Made by a program: the position numbers and the translations under genes | Assembly: GCA_025594325.1 (NCBI GenBank) | Contig: JANHCV010000014.1 | Location: forward strand, 682,001 to 746,000 | Length of the DNA stretch: 64,000 nt | Reading direction: 5' to 3' | Source of the DNA: Blastocladiella emersonii ATCC 22665 | Lineage: Eukaryota > Fungi > Blastocladiomycota | In this document: piece after piece, positions 23,500 to 34,504 of the stretch | How positions within the stretch are numbered: the first letter of the stretch is position 1 | How the letters are laid out: every line of letters starts with the position of its first letter | Notes under the pieces: generated by a model | What the model was told of the DNA's origin: nothing | Databases searched by the model: none | Seen by the model: the letters and a program-made list of their open reading frames with translations, nothing else

Positions 23500-24215
23500 T
23501 GCGCATGCGGTTCCTCGCAATGAAGGCCCACACGATGCGCGGCGACTTGTGGAATGAGGCGGAGCAGCGCACCAAGCACTCGCCCGCGTACGCGCAGGTT
23601 CCGCTGGGATTCAACCTCAACGAGGACCAGCACCGCGAGTTGGTGCTCTTCCTCAAGCCGCTCATCGCCACGTTCATCGGCGGCGACAGCGGTGTCGCTG
23701 AGGCCGCCGCGTCCTTGGATCCAGACGCGCTCGCGTTGGGCCGCGACCAGCCAAACGCACCGGCTATCGCGTCGTTCCCGCCCATGAGCAAGGGTGGTTC
23801 GCCGATCACTCTCACCGACTCGGGCGGCACGGGCATCTCGCGCGTCATTGACGCGATCCATCATCACTTACTCGTGTCCCGGAACCGCGAATAGTGCATG
23901 ATGGTCATGGCCATGACGGGTATCGCGGCCGCCAACGTTGGCGGTATCACCATCTACGCCGTGTTCCAGCTCTCGCTCAAGAGCAACAGGCTCAGGCCCC
24001 GACATCAAACGCATCCGCACCGACTCTGCTGTCGCCAGTGCGTGGCGAGGACGTCACGCCGTACTCGTCGACGAGTTTCCCATGTGATGACGATCAAGAC
24101 GCGTCCGCGCGACTTTCGTTGGGTCGAAGTCTCCCGTGCGGGCCGCTGCTTCAACGTGCCGGAGGGCTTTAGCCCTCGATTGAAGACCAGACGCGGAGCG
24201 TCTAGGTGGCTCGAG
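23500..24215 (+). mobile_element. Second Helitron remnant (helicase fragment plus 3' terminus)
   Basis: 23500-24090 aligns by eye with 8340-8950 (FNLNEDQHR, MAMTGIAAANVGG). 24162-24215 repeats the 3' terminal structure seen at 10647-10700. Confidence 0.8.
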
Positions 24216-24278
24216 GAAAATCGTCCGGCGCTCGCGTGAACGTTCCGCGCGACAGCGAGGCTCAAAGACAAGTCCCTC

Positions 24279-24304
24279 ACGCGTTTCGATATCATGTGAC
24301 GCGT
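24279..24304. promoter_or_regulatory. Composite motif ACGCGT-N7-TCATGTGA, displaced from the gene at 30263 by a transposon
   Basis: Removing 24320-30181 places it about 100 bp upstream of ATG 30263. Confidence 0.55.
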
Positions 24305-24645
24305 CCCGCGAGATCGTGTCATCGCAAAACCTGCAGCAGCGGTTCGGGGCCCGATCGCGGCCGGATCGCGGCCAGAAAGCAGCATCTGGGCCGGATCTGT
24401 GATATTACCCTGACGCGGACCGGATCTGGCTCAGACGCCGCGCGGGCGGCGCGAGCGGGGTCGGGGCAGCGTCTGGGCAGCGTTGGAGCGGTATCCGGCC
24501 CAGATCCGGCCCTGATCGTGCCGTGATCCTGCCCTGATCTCGCCCAGGTCCGGGACAGAGGCTGCCGTGATGCCGCCGCGAAGTGCGCACCGATCGTGTC
24601 ACGATCCCGCTCGCATCGTGGCCGGATCCGGGCACACGTCGCAGT

Positions 24646-24742
24646 CAGATCCTGGCCGTATCGTCGCCGGATCCGGGCCATGTCGCGCTCAGATCCTGGC
24701 CGTATCGTCGCCGGATCCGGGCCATGTCGCGCTCAGATCCTG
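24646..24742 (+). repeat. 44-bp tandem duplication in the subterminal array
   Basis: cagatcctggccgtatcgtcgccggatccgggccatgtcgcgct x2, plus a partial third unit. Confidence 0.9.
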
Positions 24743-24894
24743 ACCCAGTCGGGGAGTCATCCGTAGCATTCGGGTATATATATATACAATATCATCATAT
24801 CGGAACACGCTTGGGCGGCGGGCCGGCCGGCCTGCCCGCTCGCCCGCCCCCACCCCACGGTGCGACAGCGCGTGCGCGCGCGCGCGCCCTTGGC

Positions 24895-26679
24895 CTACTT
24901 CTTGGCCTTGGTCTTCGTTCTGCGCGGCACCGAGATGGCGAGCGCCGCGAGCGTCGCCGCGCGCTTGGCGCTGGGCTTGCGCACGCGCGTCGACTTGGCC
25001 CGCGTCGCGGGTGGCGCGTTCTTGACGTTGTTGGTCGGGTCCGTCTCCTGCGTGACTTGAGCATCGGACCACGCTGACTCGTCGTCCTCGGCGCGCTCGT
25101 CGTCCTCGATGACGCCACCCTTGGACGCCGCCGACTGGCGCAGCTTGGCCTCGGTCTCGCCGTCGACCACGCCCGCTGGATCTTGAGCAGCAGCCGCAGC
25201 ATCGACGGCCGCGGCCGGCGAGGTGAGCCCGTGTGCCGCGCCGACTTGGGGCTCGACCATGGACCTGCTGGTCAGTGTTGCACCAGCACCGACACCTGCA
25301 GCAGCGGAGCGATGGGCTGGGAGGTGGGAGCGATGGCATGAGCGTCAGCGTCGGTCACTCGGACGCGGAGACAGCAGCGAAGGGAAGGGAGCATACGACG
25401 AGGCCGCTGCTGCAGTGGCGGAGGTGGTGGTGGCCGAGGTGGTGGCGGGGTCGGCGAACGTGGACGACGAAGGGGACTGGCGTCGCTCTCGCCGCCCCCG
25501 TCATCGTCGTCGGCGTCAGCGTCGGCACGAGGGAGCGGGGACGAGGGGAAGGGCGCGGTCGTAGTCTCGACGGGCACGAGCGAGGGCGCGCCGGTGGCGA
25601 GCGGGACCGCGGCCGAGGTCGAGGCCGACATGGTGAGCGAGGCCGGGCCGCTACCGTTGCCGCTGCGCGCGAGCAGCTCGAAGATACCGGGGTCGAGGCC
25701 GTTGTGGGCAGCGAGGTGAAGAGGCGACGCCGGGTTGCCGGGGTTGATGAGCATCGACGACGTGTTGCCCGACGGCATCTCGACCGCGTAGCCCGAGTCG
25801 GAGAAGGGCACGGCGCCGGCGGGTACCGATGACGAGGCCGAGGCCGCTGCTGGTGCCCCGGCGATGGCGAGGCCGGACGCGGGCGTGGCGGTGCTCGGCG
25901 GCGGGGCGGTGAACCACGCGAAGCCCGTACCGTACCCACGTCGGGCACACGTCTGCGGAACAGCACCGAGAAGCCGGTCACCTTCTCGGTAAAGTCGGGT
26001 TCCGCCACGACCTTGCGGAGCTTGGTGAGGTTGGATTGCCGGTCCGACTGGTTGCGGAAGTCACCCCACCCCTTCGCGGGCGACAGGGCCGAGCCCAGCT
26101 AGGCAGCGCGCGCGCGCAGGGGTGAGCAGGCTGCAGAAAGAAAGCGGCGGTGATGGCGGAGGCGCAACGTACCACGGCGAGAAGTAGAGCGAGGAAGCAC
26201 TGGGCGCGGTTGACCTTGAGCACGGCCCTGTCCAGTTCCTGCAGCACCAGCACAGCGATGGATCCAAAGGATACATTCGCTATGAGGGCAAGGTCGGAGG
26301 GGGAGGGGAGGGGCGAATGAGGGGTACGAGTCGTGTCGAGGGATGGGCAGACGCACGCAACGTACAGTTCACGGACGACAGGAGGACGCCGTCGAGCAGC
26401 ACCTCGAGGATCGTGTTCGGGTTGCCGGCCGCGTCGAAGAGCACGTTGTTGGTCCACGCAGGCTCGAGGACGCCCATGTTGCCGGCCTTGGCGGCCTTGA
26501 AGGCGGCGTGCGCCGTGTCCCAGGTCCCCGAGGCGATCGAGGCGTTGTTGACCAGCTTCTGCTTGATGAACTTGAGGACCAGCGTGAAGAGGTTGGAGCT
26601 CGTCCGCCGTCGTGTCGAGCGGCAACACGGCGGGCGCCGAGCCGGACGACGGGCCGGGCGCGGGTTGGTGCGACGCCAT
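24895..26679 (-). CDS. Transposon accessory ORF, multi-exon, unknown function
   Basis: High-GC3 exons (NLFTLVLKFIKQKLVNN..., ANVSFGSIAVLVLQELD..., ...RRTKTKAKK-stop) separated by GT-AG introns. One apparent frameshift near 26600. The gene model is tentative. Confidence 0.5.
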
Positions 26680-27074
26680 GACGGGCGACGCTCGGGACGC
26701 GAGATGGCGGTGACGGTGGCGGTGGAGGGCGGGTGGGTCGGATGCCAGCAGGTCGAGGGCGGCGGGTGTCTCGCGGGAGCGGAAGCGACCGAGGCCGAGC
26801 AGGCGCAAAGTCAAGAGAGGGGAGGGAGAGCGGGAGCGGGCGGGGCGGGGCGAGGGGCGCCCCCTCTTCGCCGCCGCTGTGCAGCACGCCGCCGAACGCG
26901 CAAACGCGCCAACGCGCCAACGCGCCAATCACGTGCTCAACGCGTCGCTGCCTTGACGCCTCGCCGCCGCGCCGCAATCTCTCCCGCGCGCGCACGCCAA
27001 CGCTGGGCCGCCCACGCCCAAACTAGTTCCCATGTAACTGCCCGCAACTCGACCCGTCCACCCGTCCATCCATC

Positions 27075-29036
27075 ATGCCGCCGGCCAAACCCGGCCGCCC
27101 TGTCTCCCGCCGCCACGCGGCCGCTGTCGCCACCGCTGCCTCTGCAGCCGCCGCGCCGGCCTCGTCTTCGTCTTCGTCATCGTCGTCGGTCGCAACGAAC
27201 CCGACCGCTTCCACTGCGCCTGCCGCATCCGCCGCGCCCGCACCGTACGCGGCGCCGCCTCGCCGGAGCGCCCGCCCGCGCAAGCCCAACCCGCGCGCCA
27301 ACCTCAGCTGTATCCCGCCCTGCACCTTCAAATCCGATTCGTACGCGGGCCTGCACATCCACGAGGCCAGCTGCCACGTCGTTGACGCCCTCCTGAACCA
27401 AAATGCACGGGCCCCAGCCGTCGCGTCTGGGCACCAGCCGGGTGAGATCCGCCGCGCTGCGCCGTCTGGTCCCGGCGGGGTGTTTGCAGCTCCGCCACCA
27501 CCTCCGCTGCCACCTCCGCTACCACCGCCGCAGCAGCAGCCTCAGCAGCACTCACAGCTCGAGCAGCAGTTGCAGCAGGATGTCGTCATGCAGGACTCGC
27601 CCGAAAACGACTCGCAGGATGGCGTCGGCTCCGCCGAGGACGCCGGGACCGTGACCAACCTCAACGGCGACGTTGTCATGGAGGACGCCAACGCCGAGAC
27701 TGTGACCAACGGCGCGCCCGCTCCTGTCGCTGAAACCACGTCCGCCGCGCCCGCCACGACCGTGCTCGCCTACGGCGCCAAGCTCCCAATTGGCAAGCAC
27801 CGTGTTCCGGGAACGACGCCGCCCGTGCCCATTGGCCACGAGCCGATCCCGCGCGCCGTCCAGCAGTCGCCCACCCTCACCGACGCGCCGTGGGACCCGT
27901 TCCCGGACTTTGTGTCGTGGCGCTTTACCTTCTTCTGCATGGTCGAGGCCGCGCTCTCGGACCGCGAGATCGACGCGCTCATCAACCTGATCAACCTGAT
28001 CGCCGCCATCGTCATTGTCAACAAGTTCGGCAACCTCAACATGTTCCCCGACCGCCTGCTCGTCAAGCTGCCCAAGGGCATCGTGCAGCGCGAGCTCGTC
28101 AAGAAGAGCGCCTTCTACCGCGAGTTCAAGTGCTCCGTGCTCACGGACTCGGATGGCAACAAGTACAACTTCATCACGCTCAGCGTCGTTCCCTCGCTGC
28201 TGCGCGGGTCCCGCCGCGGCGTCACGCTCGACTGGCTCGGGAACAAGTTCCCGAACCTCCTGCGCGGCCTCACCAAGGCCATGGCCAAACACGTCCTGCT
28301 CGACATCGAGTACGTACTCCCGCATCACTGCCCTCTCTCGAAGTCATGCACTGACGCCACTCTCCTGTTCGCTCCCTGTCCTTTTCTGCCACCCAGCAAC
28401 CGCGACGCCAACGCTGCGCTTCGTCCCAAGGACCTTACCGATGCCGCCGGCCGCGTGTCGCAGGTCCGCGGGTTCCAGTGCATGGAGATCCATCGCACGA
28501 GCGACCTCGACCGCCAGCCGATCGTCGAGATCCTCAAGGCCCGCGTCACCGAGTCCCATGGTCGCCTCGTCAACGACTTTTTTGTGGTACGTTTAACCTC
28601 GCCTTGTTATCTTCCTGCCGCTTTACACCACTCGTTACTGATCGCCTCCCCCTGGCGACAAACCCAGGCTCGGCGCGGCAACCAGGGCGGGCTCAACATC
28701 ATGGAGCCCATCCTCTTCCTCGACTTTGCCGTCAAGGGCTTTGACGACCGCTTCCAGGTCGCCGTCGGTCGCTGGTTCTCGCGGTTCAAGCCCAACAGCA
28801 ACACCATGCTCGCCCGCGACGCCATCACTCACCTGATCCGGGTGCGCCGCGAGGACGCCCTTGCCGTCGTACCCGTTCCCGCCATCGTCGGCCCTGTCCA
28901 TCTCGTGCCGACGTTCCTCAAGCACCTCGTCAACGGGAAGCCCAAGAAGAAGCCGTACTACCACCTTAATTGGTTCATCGGCCGCGAGCAGTTCTTCCAG
29001 GAGTCTGACACGGCCTTCGACTCGATCCTGCGCTGA
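27075..29036 (+). pseudogene. Plavaka-like transposase lacking the catalytic core
   Basis: N-terminal CIPPC..GLHIHEASC finger, then WDPF..W....LSDREIDALI, and C-terminal VPVPAIVGPVHLVP..YYHLNWF resemble Plavaka transposases as I recall them. No room for or sign of a DDE core after ~28200. Probable in-frame introns near 28310 and 28590. Confidence 0.6.
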
Positions 29037-29236
29037 GCAACGCTCGCCCACCATCCCCACCCCGCCGCGCTCGCCCCTCCTCTCCACCACGTTTGCAACC
29101 GCCATGGGCTAGTCCGGCTCGGCTTCATTGCATTCTTTGCCTCATCCGAGTCTGTCGGTCGCGCACGGCTGGTCGCACACGGCTGCAACTTCACGCGCGG
29201 TCCCGACGGTCGCCGGCCCACCACCATCTCCGCCGA

Positions 29237-29326
29237 CGCCGGTTCTCGCTCGCCCGCGGCTCCGCCAACGCCGGTTCTCGCTCGCCCGCGGCTCCGCCGA
29301 CGCTGGTTCTCGCTCGCCCGCGGCTC
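29237..29326 (+). repeat. 32-bp tandem repeat (~2.8 copies)
   Basis: cgccggttctcgctcgcccgcggctccgcc(a/g)a units. Confidence 0.9.
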
Positions 29327-30262
29327 TGTGGCGGCGGTCGCATCGGCTGCGCGCGCCGCGACCTATGGCCCGCACTCCGCCTACTCGTTTTCGCGGGTCG
29401 ACGGGCATCATCGACAGCGCTGAGCCGCCCGACAAGCGTGCCGCCGCGCGCGACCGTGCGTCGGCGGCTCGCCGCGCCTTGGCGCTCGTCGAGATCTCTC
29501 GCGCGCGCGTCTTGGGCCCGCCGCGCAGAAGACGGTGGCGGTGAAGCCGTCGCCGCCGGATCGTTCCGACACGCGCCACCTCGCTCAAGACCCGGCGCGG
29601 GTCAAGTCGCCGCCGTCCTCGCGCGCCGGACCTCGCGCTGCCGCCGCCGCGGACCGTGCCACCGCAGCGGCCGTGTGGCCGGCCGGGCCGACTCGCGGCC
29701 ATCGCATCAGCTCAGCAGCCACCGCTACGCACGGTGGCCGCCGCCGCCGCGGTGGTCGCTGCTGCCGCGTCCCCACGCTGTCCACCAGTCCCTGGTGGGC
29801 GGGTATGGCGTCGCCCGCGGCGGGCATCGCGACCACGTTGCGCAGCGACTACTCTCGCTCGCCCTCGCCCCGCGGATCGACCCATAGCAATCAATACATG
29901 CATTTGATACTTGACACCGCGTCCCACCGTCCCGCCGCCGCGGCTCGCGGCCATGGCAGCTGCAGCTCGCGGCCAAGTCCCCCGTCTGGGCCGGATCTGG
30001 GCCTGGCAACCAGATCTGGCCCGGATCTGAGCCAGACGGCTCATCTGGGCCGGATCCCGCCCCGACACCCGAGCCCCTCCGCGCGCGCCCACCCCGCCGC
30101 CCGCGTCTGAGCCGGATCCGGCCCAGAAGCGCAGTCTGGCTCAGATCCGGGCCAGAGCGGTGCTGCAGGCTTTGCGATGGTGGCGCGCCCTGCGGCACGA
30201 GAAGCGAGGCGCCGCCGAGATCGCGTCCCCGCTCCCCGCCCGCATGCGCTACACTCGAGACC

Positions 30263-32690
30263 ATGGAAAACGAATGCACTGAACTTGCTGCAATGCGCTT
30301 GGACTCCTCGCAGCCCGACTCGGAACCTGGCGAGAGCGACTCCGACTCGCCGACGACTGCGCCGACCGCGGAGCTTCTCCCCGCCGCCAGCAAGCGCGCC
30401 AACTTCCCCGTCCGCATGGACATCTTGGTGCAGCACGTCGGCGACCTTACCGACCCCGAGACCCGGCCCGCCAAGAATGCCGCGCTTCTGGCGCTCCTTG
30501 ACGCGCACCCGGAGACGCCCTTCGCCGTGCTCAACGACACTCGACTCACGTCTCCCGAAGACTCGCGCTACTTCTTTGGACTCGACAACACGGACTGGTT
30601 CCGGCGCGATATCCTTGTCCCTTGCGACGTCGAGGACGGCAGAGGTGGGAATCCGCCTAGCTCGCGCGAGGGCGGACTCACCCTCCTGTTCCGATCGAGT
30701 ATCTCGCAGCGCCTGCGCCCCGCGAAAGAGTTTCCTGGCTTCGCTCTCGTCCAGCCCGTCAAATTGCCGAGTAACCGAGAGCTTGTGTTGATCCTCGTTC
30801 ACTTCACCGACGGCCTTGGCGGCGACGACTTTGACGAGGCCGTGGCGTTTGTCGTAGACACGTTGCAGCAGGCGTGGTTCAAGAGCTATCCGGTCGTCGT
30901 CGTGGGAAGCGATTATGGCGGTGCTTACCGCGGCCCGGTCGTTACGAATCGGATTGCCAGGTTCGGGCTCGTCTAGCTCTCCACCATCTTTGGTGCCGCG
31001 AGTCCCGCGGAGCTTGGATCAACCTCGAGTACTGCGATCGACCAGCCGGCGGGCCGGGTCGACTTCGTCATGGCCTCGCCAAATGCACTCGAATTCATCG
31101 AGCCACCGAGCACGGACGCCACGTTTATCGCGCAGATTCGCGGAACGCTCGACAAGCCTGACTTGCTTAATCCCGCGCTCCATGTTCCCACCTCACTCGG
31201 CCGCTTCCTTGACCCATCAAGATTGTTCAGCATCGCGCCGATCCCAATGCTGTCACCATTAACACGAACCGATTCAACTTTGACCACTGGTTCTCGTTCA
31301 CCGCTCACCTCGAGAGTGAGCTCGGTGACACCCCGCTTGTTCTGGGCGACGACGTAAACGACGCGTGGTCCGCGATCTCGCTGCTCCTGGACTCGGCGGC
31401 GCGCGCGTGTTTTGACGTGAAGCCGTTTGATGTGGCCGAGTTCAATGACCTGCTCGGGCACGACGAGTACGCCAAGGCGCTCAAGCTGCTCCAAAAAATG
31501 AGCACGGGTGCCAGGATGAAGCTCAACCGCGTCGGGCACAACTTGGCGTTCCATGCAGGCGCGCCCGCCGAGGATCTTGCCCTGCTTGAACGCTACCGGA
31601 GAGACAGGCTTCCTAAGGACATGTACCTGGAATGGAAGCGCGCGGCGCGCAAGGTCAAAACAGTGCTCCGCAAGAAACGTACCAAGTTGAAGCTTATTTA
31701 CTTCGAGCCGCATCTCAAATCGAGTGGGGCGACGCCGTCCAAGAGCTTCTACGTTCTCGGTCTGCTCAATTTCACGGACAAGAAGGCTCCGGCGTTGCCT
31801 CGAGTGGCCGAATTCGCGCGTGCTTGGCTCGATTCTTACGCCGGCGAATCGACTTTGGGTGCGGACGGAAACCTTTCGCTCTCAGGTCAGTGGGCTCGCG
31901 CGTTTGCTCCGCTTGATCACGTCTCCGACGACATTTGGACCAGTTTGATGGCCCCGCCCACGGTCGAGGAGCTTACTGCCGCCATGAACAGCGGTCCCGA
32001 GGCGACCGATCTCGCGACGCAGCTCCTCGCAAACGCTGGAGAGACGGTGACATCGACCCTTTGCGATTTCCTTACACTCTGCTTGCGCACCTGCACCTTG
32101 CCCTCTCCCGCCGAGACAGACCTACCGTACGTCGTGCTCCCGGGAATCGTGCCCGTCGACCGCTACCGCTCCAGCACTCTGCTCTCTGCATCCGCGTCGC
32201 TGCTCATGAAAATTCTCGTTGACCGGATTCGCGCGAGCCTGGCCACCCACCGCGTGCTCCGTGGCGCATTGAATCTCAAGTCATTGCTTGGTGCCAGTAG
32301 CGACGCGACGCCGGCAGCGTGGTGCGCGCTGCGCACCGTGTCCAATGCGACCAGGGAGCTTGCACTGCGCGGGCGCACCGACTCGCTCTGGCCGCACTTC
32401 TTGTCCAAGCACACGGCGATACACTCGGTCCCGCCTCGGCTGATCGCGCTCGCGATGCAGCGGATCCGGCTGCCGCCTGCTTTTGTCGAGTTTTACACGG
32501 ACCAGGTGATGCGCGAGGACATGGGCCGCAAGTTGTTCCACGGGCGCGGGACCCCGCAGGGCGCGTCGAGACGGATCTGATCTGGGGCCTGTTGTACGAC
32601 GTGTGCCTCAGCGAGCTGCATCAGCTTGCCGTTGAAGTCGGGAGGATGCCTGAGTTGTGGTCTGCCCCGCGCGAAGATGATCACGAATAG
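30263..32690 (+). pseudogene. Degenerate APE-RT-derived gene, copy 4
   Basis: MENEC start. MDILVQHVGDL, AVLNDTRLT, GGLTLLFR, PVVVVGSDY and GRVDFVMAS (APE-like). LWPHFLSKHTAIHSV and GTPQG..LIWGLLYDVCL (RT-like). TAG at 30974 and frameshifts near 31200-31330 and 32560. Confidence 0.8.
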
Positions 32691-32769
32691 ATCTTGAAGT
32701 ATTGCCCGTATACATTTTGCTCGCGTTTTGTCTAACACCAACGTTTATCGCGAGCCAGGAAGGAGACGT

Positions 32770-32811
32770 GTTGCGCCACACAGCACGTGGTCACATGATA
32801 TCCCGACGCGT
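32770..32811. promoter_or_regulatory. Composite motif GTTGCGCCAC...TCACATGA-N7-ACGCGT
   Basis: Upstream of ATG 32971. Confidence 0.6.
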
Positions 32812-32970
32812 CTCACGGCTGTGTCGCCCCGAAAGCTTTCGCCCTCGAATAAATGATACCGCACGAGTGAGGCTGTGGGAAACTTCTGAGAGAATGCGGA
32901 AGACTGCAATGTGGCGGTCACCAGCGCCTTCACGAATGCACAATCCTGGCCCTCAAAGACTTGCACTACC

Positions 32971-34182
32971 ATGTATGCAATGAACAAGAAAAGTAACAAG
33001 CTCTCGTTCAAGCTTCACGGGAAACGCCATAAGGCAAGTCAAACGGCGCCGTCGGCGGTCGCTGCTATCGGGCAGGCTCAACCAAAGCGGCTTCCTCTCG
33101 AGGTCATCGAGTGCATTCTGCAGTTTGCAGCGAACCTCTCGTACAATGGGCTCATTCCGCACCGCTCGACCTGTACTTTTCAGCGGCGACAGAACGGGAC
33201 TTTCGACTTGACCCCGCGTCCGCGCTGTCAGGCTACTGAACAAGAGACGGCCGCGGCGAACGAGCTCCGCAAATACATGTCGGTCGTCCGGTGCAGTCGG
33301 TCGCTGCGCGACTTTGCTTTCGACTACCTTCCGGGCACGTCACAGGTGCACATTCTAGCCGACGACCGAGCTGACCGTTTCGCGATGGCGATTCGGCTTC
33401 ACCAGTTCGCACCTGCTCCCGAGTTTCGCCGTATTCTCAAGGAGGTGTTCCAGTATTCCTGCAACACACTCCGTCCGAACATCCTCGAGTATCTGCTGGG
33501 AAACGCATACCTCGGCTTCAAAACGGCTAGCCTGCTCGAAACTGCAATTGCTGCTGGTCAGGTCGACCTAGTCCGCCATATCAGACGTACGGGGTACGGG
33601 CCGGGCGGCTCGGACGAGAAAATGATCGCCATGGCCTCCGCGGAGAGCCAAATTGGCATCCTCAACGCCTTCTAGGCGGATGGTGTCTTTCCGGCCGCCG
33701 CGCCCAAGCAAGTCAACCTAATGCGTCCTTGCCTCAGGAATCGGCTGGATGTCCTACAGTGGTGGCGTCAGCGGCGGGACAAAGTCCCAGAAACCGAGCT
33801 TACGTCTCTCACTTTTGGTTTGATCAGCGCGAGCGAAAAGGGGTACCTGCCATTGGTTCAGTACATCTTCCAGTCTGGCCTCGTGAAGGAAATTAATCCC
33901 TACATCCGGAGCGATCCTGACGGGACGACTCTGGACAAGGTCAGCAAGCATGGACATGTTGCAATTCTCGAGGAGTGGCGCAAGTCGGGGTTCAAACTCG
34001 CCTATACGGCAGCCGCACTCGACCAGGCGAGCTCCGCAGGCCACGCGGACGTGGTCGAGTGGTGGCTCAGCTCGGGACTCGAGGTCAAGTGCACCGAGAA
34101 CGCGCTACTCGCGGCTAATGCGTTCGGACACGACAAGGTGCTCGCGGTATGGCGCGCGCATGGGTACAACGTTCGGGTTTGA
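32971..34182 (+). pseudogene. F-box/ankyrin-type gene with one nonsense codon
   Basis: RLPLEVIECILQFA. Ankyrin-like ALDQASSAGHADVVEWWLSSGLEVK. The in-frame TAG at 33673-33675 aligns with Glu in the paralog. Confidence 0.75.
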
Positions 34183-34346
34183 TTGTATTTGCTTTCGTGT
34201 TTGCTGAGCTGAGCCGGCGCCGTTTGAATGATGAACGAAGCCTACTTGTTCGTTCTGTCGTAACAACTTGTTAGTCGTCACAACTTGCTTTGGACGGGTA
34301 GTCGAACTGGAACTGTGTTTGGCGGTCCGACTCGAGGTGTCTCTCG

Positions 34347-34389
34347 CGTTGCGCCACAGATCACGCGATCACATGATATCGCGACGCGT
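34347..34389. promoter_or_regulatory. Composite motif GTTGCGCCAC...TCACATGA-N7-ACGCGT
   Basis: Upstream of the second tandem F-box/ankyrin gene. Confidence 0.6.
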
Positions 34390-34504
34390 CTCGAGGCCAC
34401 CAGTTTTGTGCGCATGTCTCACCGCTTGAGTGCGCCGTCAGCTCCGGTGGAACTTAAATGCGCTCCTTGACACAAGCTCTCACGCTCTTACAAATGACAC
34501 TCTG

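Larger units (their letters stand above)
24320..30179. mobile_element. 5860-bp TIR DNA transposon, Plavaka/CMC-like, with a 2-bp TSD (GT)
   Basis: The left end CATCGCAAAACCTGCAGCA and the reverse complement of the right end CATCGCAAAGCCTGCAGCA match at 18/19 positions. GT at 24318-24319 and 30180-30181. GATC-rich subterminal arrays at both ends. Confidence 0.85.

Noticed and set aside
16480-28328. Long overlapping antisense ORFs (e.g. 16480-17922+, 19288-20466+, 27552-28328-)
   Set aside because: Expected artefacts of high GC3 on the opposite strand of real genes.
13644-32690. Active LINE retrotransposons
   Set aside because: No YADD motif, the motif-A Asp is lost, and there is no ORF1, poly(A) tail or TSD. 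All copies end at the same point.
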